A stretch of 64,000 nucleotides of DNA. Source: Vicinamibacterales bacterium (GTDB lineage Bacteria; Acidobacteriota; Vicinamibacteria; Vicinamibacterales; Fen-181). The position numbers and the translations under genes are program-made. Below the pieces are notes generated by a model that saw nothing but the letters and a program-made list of their open reading frames with translations, searched no databases and was not told the origin of the DNA. The stretch lies in NCBI GenBank assembly GCA_041947015.1, contig JBHGBL010000003.1:76148-140147 (forward strand), in the 5' to 3' direction. Below are positions 57,647-64,000 of the stretch, one piece after another (the first letter of the stretch is position 1; every line of letters begins with the position of its first letter).

Positions 57647-59176
57647 TCACTCGGTCCTGTTCAACCGATACACTTTGAACCTGGCGTTGCCATAGGCCAG
57701 CGGGAAAGCCATCGTCCTCTCAGTGACGAGGTAATGGAGATCGTACTTGCGTGCCATCTCCCGGATCTCGGCCTCCGTCATCTCTCTGAAGTCCGCCGTT
57801 GCCGCGACACGTTCAATGACCCGTTCGGCTGCCTCGCGCGAGTACATGGCGATGGCGGTGTCCTTGACTTCCTCCAGGAAGACGTCCCTCCGCGCACTCA
57901 CCCGCACGCTCGTGCCGTAACGCCACGCGTGGCCGGGGTCCGCGAGGACGTGTGTTTTCGGCTCCGCCGACGCTATCCAAGCCATCGCGTCGTGCCAGTC
58001 CCCCGGTGCCAGATCCATCTCGACGACGCTTCTTTCCGGATGCTCGACGAAGGTCACCCAGGCGCCTCGCGCGAGCGCCGCAAGGGCCAGAACGGCGAAG
58101 ACTGCGGCCCTCCGCCGCGAGGTTGGCGCAGACGGATTGAGAGATGTCGAGGCCTCCGCGATCAGCCAGGTGATGCAGGCCGTCGCAGCGAAATCGGCTA
58201 TCCAGAAGACGCGCGAGGTCTGGAGCTGGACGGCGAAGGCTACGCGCGCCGCGAGGAACGGCAGCGACGCGAGGAATAGCGCGGTGAGCGCGAGCACCCC
58301 CGCCGCCAGGCCCGTTTCCCGCGGAACGACGGCGCCGATCTTCCTGCGGTAGAGGAAGGTGGCGCCGACGAGCGCCGGGCAGGCCAGGTTCACCAGCCAG
58401 GCGTGAAGTGGCCACTCGTTGGGAAACAGGTAGTCCTTCGCAGACAGCAGCGCGTACCACCTCTCGTCGATTCTCCCGAGCCGGTTGGCGAATGGTCCAA
58501 GGAGCACCAGCCAGGCCGAGGCGGCGCCGGCGACAGCTGCGATTGCGGCGAAGAGCCTGCGTTCGGCCGGCTCCGAAACGAGCACCGCGATTCCGACCAG
58601 GACCCCGAACCACAGCGCGGTGGTCGGGTGCACCAGCCCGGCTGATGCCACGAGGAGGAGTGCCAGGCGAGAGCGGCCCCGAAGTGCCGCGGCCAGTGCC
58701 AGCACACCCACCGCGAAGGCGAGTAGCCTCGGATGGAAGTAGCCTTCGAGCGTGTTGGCGCCAGTGAGGGTTATCCGGTGACGAAACGTCATCGCGACTT
58801 CCAGGGTTGCGACGGTCCATCCCGAACGATACAAGCTGCAGCCGAGCAATGCCGTCCCGCCGAAGAGAAGCAGCAACGCGAGGACGTGGAGGGCCAGAAA
58901 CAGCGGCGGCAGGGGCACCTGGGTCTCCCTCGAGAGCCAGCCGATGGCCCTCGTCGCGAGGTTGAGGCTGTCTTCCGCCTCTATGAGAGCGCGATCGCGT
59001 GGGAACAGGTTCCCATCGACGTGTGCGAGCACGGCGGGCAGGTAGAAGGCCTGGTCGCCGACGCCGTAGCGGTACCCTCCGCTGTTGAGCACAGCCAGCG
59101 CCACGAACAACACTGCGAGGCCCGCCCAGGCGAAACTCCGGGCGAGCGAGGCGGCGCGGCGGCGGCCCTCGGTCAT
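57647..59176 (-). CDS. hypothetical polytopic integral membrane protein with a C-terminal soluble domain
   Basis: 509 aa with at least 10 predicted transmembrane segments. No family was recognised. Confidence 0.5.
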   Translation of the reverse strand: MTEGRRRAASLARSFAWAGLAVLFVALAVLNSGGYRYGVGDQAFYLPAVLAHVDGNLFPRDRALIEAEDSLNLATRAIGWLSRETQVPLPPLFLALHVLALLLLFGGTALLGCSLYRSGWTVATLEVAMTFRHRITLTGANTLEGYFHPRLLAFAVGVLALAAALRGRSRLALLLVASAGLVHPTTALWFGVLVGIAVLVSEPAERRLFAAIAAVAGAASAWLVLLGPFANRLGRIDERWYALLSAKDYLFPNEWPLHAWLVNLACPALVGATFLYRRKIGAVVPRETGLAAGVLALTALFLASLPFLAARVAFAVQLQTSRVFWIADFAATACITWLIAEASTSLNPSAPTSRRRAAVFAVLALAALARGAWVTFVEHPERSVVEMDLAPGDWHDAMAWIASAEPKTHVLADPGHAWRYGTSVRVSARRDVFLEEVKDTAIAMYSREAAERVIERVAATADFREMTEAEIREMARKYDLHYLVTERTMAFPLAYGNARFKVYRLNRTE

Positions 59177-59667
59177 GCTTCGTCGGCGCTTGGCCCGTAG
59201 ATCGACGGCAGGGGTACCCCGACCAGGCGCAGGTAGACAGACAGCTGCCCGCGGTGGTGAATGGAGTGGTTCATGACCCAGGCACGGATGACCCCGATCT
59301 TCGGCAGGCTGAACAGGGGCTCTTCACCTCGTTTTAGAGTCCACGTCGCCAGCATCTCCGCGTCCGTCCTGCCCGCCATGATAGTGCGTCCTGCTTTGAC
59401 GCCCGTGTCGAAGCGGGCGAGCAGTTCGGCTCTCGACGTCAAGCACCTCGGCGTGTACGAACCAGCGTCCATGGTGAACTCTGCATGGCTTACCGCGATC
59501 TCGACCCAGGCCGGGATCTCGGCGAGGTGCGTGGCGAGCCGCCCGAGGGTCATCGATCGTTCGTGCGGTGCCCACGCGAAGCGTTCCTCGGGAACCCTCT
59601 CCAACAACTTCCTGGTGGTCCCCATCTCGTGGTCGTACTCCGGCAAGAGAGATTCAATCAGAGACAT
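59173..59667 (-). CDS. DinB/YfiT-like (DinB_2) four-helix-bundle metal-dependent protein
   Basis: Start re-set to MSLIESLLPEYDHEMG. Conserved His pattern (HLAEIPAW...HSIHHRGQL). Confidence 0.65.
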   Translation of the reverse strand: MSLIESLLPEYDHEMGTTRKLLERVPEERFAWAPHERSMTLGRLATHLAEIPAWVEIAVSHAEFTMDAGSYTPRCLTSRAELLARFDTGVKAGRTIMAGRTDAEMLATWTLKRGEEPLFSLPKIGVIRAWVMNHSIHHRGQLSVYLRLVGVPLPSIYGPSADEA

Positions 59668-59689
59668 GGGTCCTGTGCTTGCGGTCGGA

Positions 59690-59800
59690 GGAATCGTATG
59701 TCGCAGACCGTAGATCGCATGTCGCAGACCGAGTGTCGCGGACGCTTCCAGCCGAGTTCCACGACGCCGGTATACGACATGCGACATACGACATGCGCGC
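59690..59800. repeat. cluster of short direct and inverted repeats in the pta-dinB intergenic region
   Basis: atgtcgcagaccgtagatcgc / atgtcgcagaccgagtgtcgc (21-nt direct repeats, 17/21 identical), then acgacatgcg repeated twice. gcgacat is the reverse complement of atgtcgc. Confidence 0.5.
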
Positions 59801-59801
59801 T

Positions 59802-60782
59802 TCACGCCATCAAGCTGCATATTGCGGCGACGTTGACGATGTCGTCGACGCTGCAGCCGCGTGAGAGGTCGCAGTAGGGCTTGTTCAGGCCTTGCACGAT
59901 CGGCCCGACGGCTTCCGCGCCGCCCAAACGCTCGGTCAGCTTGTAGCCGATGTTGCCGGCGTCGAGATCGGGGAAGATTAGGACGTTGGCACGGCCTGCG
60001 ACCGGCGAACCTTTAGCCTTGCGCTGGCCGATCGAAGCCACGAGAGCGGCATCCGCCTGCAGCTCGCCGTCGACCGGGAGGTCCGGCGCGCGTTCCTTGA
60101 CCAGAGCCGTCGCTCGCTGGACCTTCTCGACGTGTGGGTGCGAGGCGCTGCCCTTCGTCGAGAACGACAGCATGGCGATCAGCGGCTGCTCGCCCGTCAC
60201 CGCCTGGAAGTTCCTCGCAGACGTGATCGCGATGTCGGCGAGCTGAATGTCCGTGGGATCCGGATTGACGGCGCAGTCGGCGAAGCAGAGCAGCCGCTCG
60301 CCCAGGACCATTATGAAGTAGCTGCTCACGATAGAGATGCCGGGAGCCACCCCGACCGTGTGGATCGCCGCTCGTATCACGTCGCCCGTGGATGAAACGT
60401 TGCCGCCGACTACTACCTGAACCTCGTCGGCATCGAGCATGAGGCCCGCGTAGTACAGCGGAGTCGCGGCGGCCTGGCAGGCCTGCTCTCTGGTCCAGCC
60501 TTTCTCGCGGCGTTTTTCGTACAACCTGTCCACGTGGGTTTCGAAGCGGGCGCTCTTCGCAGGATCCACGATCTCGATCCCGCCGAGGTCGACCGAATTG
60601 GCGGCCGCAATCTGCCGAATGGCGGCTTCGGCCCCCACCAGGACGGGGCGCGCAATTGCCTGGTCACGCAGCGTCGCCGCGGCGGACAGTACGCGCAGGT
60701 CTTCGGCGTCCGGGAATGCCGCAACGAGCTTCCTCGCGGCGGCCTTCCGGCGCATCACGGCAGTGAACTGGTTCTCGCTCAT
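59802..60782 (-). CDS. pta: phosphate acetyltransferase
   Basis: 326 aa PTA_PTB domain (…[11 protein letters not shown]…), immediately downstream of ackA. Confidence 0.9.
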   Translation of the reverse strand: MSENQFTAVMRRKAAARKLVAAFPDAEDLRVLSAAATLRDQAIARPVLVGAEAAIRQIAAANSVDLGGIEIVDPAKSARFETHVDRLYEKRREKGWTREQACQAAATPLYYAGLMLDADEVQVVVGGNVSSTGDVIRAAIHTVGVAPGISIVSSYFIMVLGERLLCFADCAVNPDPTDIQLADIAITSARNFQAVTGEQPLIAMLSFSTKGSASHPHVEKVQRATALVKERAPDLPVDGELQADAALVASIGQRKAKGSPVAGRANVLIFPDLDAGNIGYKLTERLGGAEAVGPIVQGLNKPYCDLSRGCSVDDIVNVAAICSLMA

Positions 60783-60852
60783 GGGTTCTTTCCCCTCGTG
60801 GGGCTGTTGTGGTGGAGCGGGGCGCCTCTTCGACGCCCCGCCTTGGCGACTC

Positions 60853-62103
60853 CTAGCTGGGCGCCGGCAGGTTCATCACGCAGCGGACCGTGTCGCGCGC
60901 CAGGATGAGTTCCTCGTTGGTCGGGATGACATAAACCGGCACCCGGCTCTTCTCGGAGCTTATGAGCATCTCCTTGCCGACCGCCTGTCGGTTCTTCTCC
61001 TGGTCGAGCTCGATGCCGAGCCATTCCAGGTTCTGGAGGATGCGGCGGCGGATGTCGACGGCGTTCTCGCCTATCCCTCCCGCGAAGCAGATGGCGTCGG
61101 TCCCGTTCATCTCCGCGATGTAGGCGCCGAGGTACTTCTTCACCCGGTGGCAGAACATCTCGATCGCGAGCAGGGCACGCCGGTCCTGGTGCTCCTCGAC
61201 CTCGATCTCGAGGTCGCGCATGTCGTTGGTCAGGCCCGAGATCCCCAGCAGACCGGACCTCTTGTTCAGCACCGAGAACACCTCGTCGAGGCTGCTGCCT
61301 TCCTTGTGCATCAGGAAGTCGATGACCGTCGGGTCGATGTCCCCGGACCTCGTGCCCATCATCAGGCCCTCGAGCGGCGTCATGCCCATCGTGGTGTCGA
61401 AGGACTTGCCTCCCTTGATGGCGCATGCCGAGCAACCGTTGCCCAGGTGGAGCGTGATGATGTTGGTGTCAGCGCGCGACTTGCCGGTCAACTTGCGGTA
61501 GCGGAAGGCGATGTAGCGGTGCGAGGTGCCGTGGAAGCCGTACTTGCGTATTTTGAACCTGCGATAAAGCTGGTACGGGATGGCGTAGAGATATGAAACC
61601 TCCGGCATCGTCGAGTGGAATGCAGTGTCGAAGACGGCCACCTGTGGGACGTTCGGGCCGAAGAGCTCCTGTGCCGCGTAGATGCCCTTGAGGTTCGCCG
61701 GGTTGTGAAGCGGCGCGATGTCGATGCAATCCTGGATTCCGGCGATGACCTCCGGTGTTATGCGCATGGACCGATTGAACCGCTCCATGCCGTGAACGAC
61801 ACGGTGTCCCACCCCGTGAATGTCCTCGAGGGAAGCGATGCCTGGTATCCGGGTCTCCGGGGCCGTCACCCACTTGATGACGTGGGCCAGCGCGGCGCGG
61901 TGGTCGCGAAGCGGAGCCGCGCCTTTCTGGGGTGGTCTGTCCTCGGCCTGGAGCGAGATGATCGCTTCGCTTCCGACCCGTTCGACCAGCCCTTTGGCCA
62001 GCTGCTGGTCGGCGTCCTGCTCGATCAGGGCAGGGTCGGTCCTGATGATCTGGAACTTCAGCGACGAACTACCGCAGTTCAGTACGAATACGTTCATGAT
62101 CAC
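60853..62103 (-). CDS. ackA: acetate kinase
   Basis: [20 protein letters not shown]-terminus and acetokinase signatures. Confidence 0.9.
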   Translation of the reverse strand: MIMNVFVLNCGSSSLKFQIIRTDPALIEQDADQQLAKGLVERVGSEAIISLQAEDRPPQKGAAPLRDHRAALAHVIKWVTAPETRIPGIASLEDIHGVGHRVVHGMERFNRSMRITPEVIAGIQDCIDIAPLHNPANLKGIYAAQELFGPNVPQVAVFDTAFHSTMPEVSYLYAIPYQLYRRFKIRKYGFHGTSHRYIAFRYRKLTGKSRADTNIITLHLGNGCSACAIKGGKSFDTTMGMTPLEGLMMGTRSGDIDPTVIDFLMHKEGSSLDEVFSVLNKRSGLLGISGLTNDMRDLEIEVEEHQDRRALLAIEMFCHRVKKYLGAYIAEMNGTDAICFAGGIGENAVDIRRRILQNLEWLGIELDQEKNRQAVGKEMLISSEKSRVPVYVIPTNEELILARDTVRCVMNLPAPS

Positions 62104-62267
62104 ACCGTGAAAAGGGGGCAGGTAGGAACCATCATTCTACCGGAAGCGCAGTCGGCCGTTTCAACTGTTTTAGAGGTGTTCGGTTCGTCCGGTGCGCCCG
62201 AAGCCGGCGACAGCCCAACGGCCTCGGCCGTGCAAAACTCGCCGCCCTTCGATACAGTGGACACAGA

Positions 62268-64000
62268 ATGACAGAGCGTTTCGCCGGTCACGGAGAGGGA
62301 CGACAGAGGGCCAGGCTCGCCGTCCGCGGCGCGGTCCAAGGCGTGGGGTTCCGGCCTTTCGTGTACCGTCTCGCGCGGGAGCTCGGTCTCGACGGCTGGG
62401 TCAACAACTCGTCGCAAGGCGTCACGGTCGAGATTGAGGGAGACGCCGAGCTGCTTCGGAGTTTCATCCTTCGCCTCGCGCGCGACGCTCCTCCCCGCGC
62501 GGTGGTTCAGAGCCTGGAAACCAGCTTTCTCGACCCGGTCGGGTACAGCGGTTTCTCGATCAGGGAAAGCGACCCGGGGGGCGCCGCCACTGCGCTGGTT
62601 CTCCCCGACATCGCAACGTGCGGCGACTGTCTTCGCGAAATCTCCGACCCCCTGAACCGCCGCTTCCGCTACCCGTTCACGAACTGCACCAACTGCGGCC
62701 CGAGGTTCTCGATAATCGAGGAGCTTCCATACGATCGCCCGAACACTACCATGCGGGGCTTCGCCATGTGCGAGGATTGCAGGCGGGAGTACGAGGATCC
62801 GGCCGACCGCCGGTTCCACGCCCAGCCGAACGCCTGCCCACTCTGCGGTCCGGGCCTGCGGCTGCTGGCCCCCGGCGGGGCGCTACTGTCCGCCGGCGAT
62901 GCTGCGCTCAGAGAGGCTGAACGTGCGATCGAAGGCGGCAAAGTGGCGGCCATCAAGGGTCTCGGCGGCTTTCACCTCGTTGCCGACGCCCGAAGCGAAG
63001 AAGCAGTGGCCCGGCTCCGAGCCAGGAAGGCCAGGGAAGAGAAGCCCTTTGCGCTAATGTACCCGTCGATCGCGGCCGTGGCCGAGGATTGTGAAGTGGA
63101 GCCCCTCGAAGAGCGTCTCCTCCTGTCCCCCGAGGCGCCAATCGTCCTGCTGAGGCGCCGGGATGGTGGAGGCAGGCCCGTACGGGTCGCCGAGGGCGTG
63201 GCTCCCGGGAATCCCTATTTGGGAGTGATGCTCCCTTACACTCCACTCCACCACCTGCTGCTCGGAGACCTGCAGTTCCCCGTGGTGGCGACGAGCGGCA
63301 ACCGCTCGGACGAGCCCATCTGCACAGACGAGGCCGAAGCGCTCGAGCGCCTTGCCGGCCTGGCCGACCTGTTCCTCGTTCACGACAGGCCGATTGCCCG
63401 CCACGTGGACGACTCCATCGTCCGGATCGTCGTCGGGCGGGAGCTGGTGCTGCGGCGCGCCCGTGGGTACGCTCCGTTGCCCGTGCCGCTCCGGCCGGCG
63501 CCACCCCAGGTGGCCTCCGTAGGGGCGCACCTCAAGAACACCGTTGCTGTCAGCGCCGGCGACAACGTGTTTCTCAGTCAGCACGTCGGCGACCTGGAAA
63601 CCCGCGAGGCGTACGGCGCGTTCCGCGAGGTGCTCGACAGCCTGCGCCGCCTCTACCGGGTCGAACCGGCCGCCGTGGGGTGCGACCTGCACCCGGGTTA
63701 CATTTCTACGGCTTTCGCGCACGGCCTCGGCCTGCCAGTCGTCGAGGTCCAACACCACTATGCGCACGTGTTGTCGTGCATGGCAGAGAACGAGCTCGAG
63801 GGAGAGGTTCTTGGGGTCTCCTGGGACGGGACTGGCCTCGGGCCGGACGGGACGATCTGGGGCGGAGAGTTCCTCATCGTGGACGAGACGGGCTTCGAGC
63901 GCGCGGGACACCTCAGGTGCTTCCCGCTGCCAGGCGGTGACCAGGCGGTCCGAGAACCGCGGCGCGCCGCGCTCGGGGTTCTGTACGAAATGGAGGGCGG
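62268..64000 (+). CDS. hypF: [NiFe]-hydrogenase maturation carbamoyltransferase HypF, N-terminal 577 aa (gene runs off the window 3' edge)
   Basis: Hand-translated from the plus strand: an acylphosphatase domain (AVRGAVQGVGFRPFVYRLA), two Zn-finger motifs (CGDC...NCTNCGPRFSII; CEDC...CPLCGP), a YrdC-like domain (KGLGGFHL) and the start of a Kae1-like domain. Absent from the track because it has no in-window stop. Confidence 0.85.
   Translation, partial: MTERFAGHGEGRQRARLAVRGAVQGVGFRPFVYRLARELGLDGWVNNSSQGVTVEIEGDAELLRSFILRLARDAPPRAVVQSLETSFLDPVGYSGFSIRESDPGGAATALVLPDIATCGDCLREISDPLNRRFRYPFTNCTNCGPRFSIIEELPYDRPNTTMRGFAMCEDCRREYEDPADRRFHAQPNACPLCGPGLRLLAPGGALLSAGDAALREAERAIEGGKVAAIKGLGGFHLVADARSEEAVARLRARKAREEKPFALMYPSIAAVAEDCEVEPLEERLLLSPEAPIVLLRRRDGGGRPVRVAEGVAPGNPYLGVMLPYTPLHHLLLGDLQFPVVATSGNRSDEPICTDEAEALERLAGLADLFLVHDRPIARHVDDSIVRIVVGRELVLRRARGYAPLPVPLRPAPPQVASVGAHLKNTVAVSAGDNVFLSQHVGDLETREAYGAFREVLDSLRRLYRVEPAAVGCDLHPGYISTAFAHGLGLPVVEVQHHYAHVLSCMAENELEGEVLGVSWDGTGLGPDGTIWGGEFLIVDETGFERAGHLRCFPLPGGDQAVREPRRAALGVLYEMEG

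Noticed and set aside
59690-59800. CRISPR-like array
   Set aside because: There are only two or three short imperfect units with no regular spacer periodicity and no cas genes. It is treated as a regulatory or REP-like repeat instead.
63054-63911. 285-aa minus-strand ORF inside hypF
   Set aside because: HypF motifs are unambiguous on the plus strand and the minus ORF has no recognisable features.

Overview
This is a high-GC (roughly 65-70%) bacterial chromosomal segment. Coding density is high and the long ORFs on the opposite strand of real genes are frame-shadow artefacts typical of GC-rich DNA. The ORF track translates GTG and TTG starts as M and omits ORFs that run off the window edges. 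Three features are therefore missing from the track: truB at the 5' edge, hypF at the 3' edge, and a class-II tRNA-Leu(CAG) at 29349..29435. Everything from 1 to 18.9 kb lies on the minus strand. It runs rimO-rimP-nusA-infB-DUF503-rbfA-nrnA-truB, preceded by a peptidoglycan-recycling block (amgK-like kinase, murU-like nucleotidyltransferase, CYTH, MidA-type methyltransferase), a DegP/HtrA protease, two uncharacterised small genes and an alpha-glucan phosphorylase. The region from 19 to 29 kb carries hydrolases (Tat-exported asparaginase-family Ntn hydrolase, DmpA/S58 peptidase, Asp-box beta-propeller, BACON-like lipoprotein) and a pyrophosphate module (PPi-dependent phosphofructokinase plus membrane H+-pyrophosphatase). 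The region from 29 to 48 kb is an envelope/accessory region. It contains a GGDEF cyclase, an NfeD-flotillin operon, a TPR-tandem-retropepsin protease, a 1036-aa outer-membrane protein fusing a HExxH peptidase, a TolB/PD40 propeller and a C-terminal beta-barrel, an M14 carboxypeptidase, an ECF sigma/anti-sigma/TlpA trio, a MacAB-type ABC efflux operon, and a second SPFH gene with an Arc-like ribbon-helix-helix partner. The SPFH gene sits behind a textbook sigma-70 promoter on an AT-rich palindromic island. The region from 49 to 64 kb is a fermentative and ATP-yielding block (iorAB, fused ADP-forming acyl-CoA synthetase, ackA-pta, hypF). The most novel-looking item is the peptidase-propeller-barrel outer-membrane fusion and the surrounding ECF-linked envelope proteolysis neighbourhood. 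No CRISPR array, transposase, integrase or reverse transcriptase was seen.
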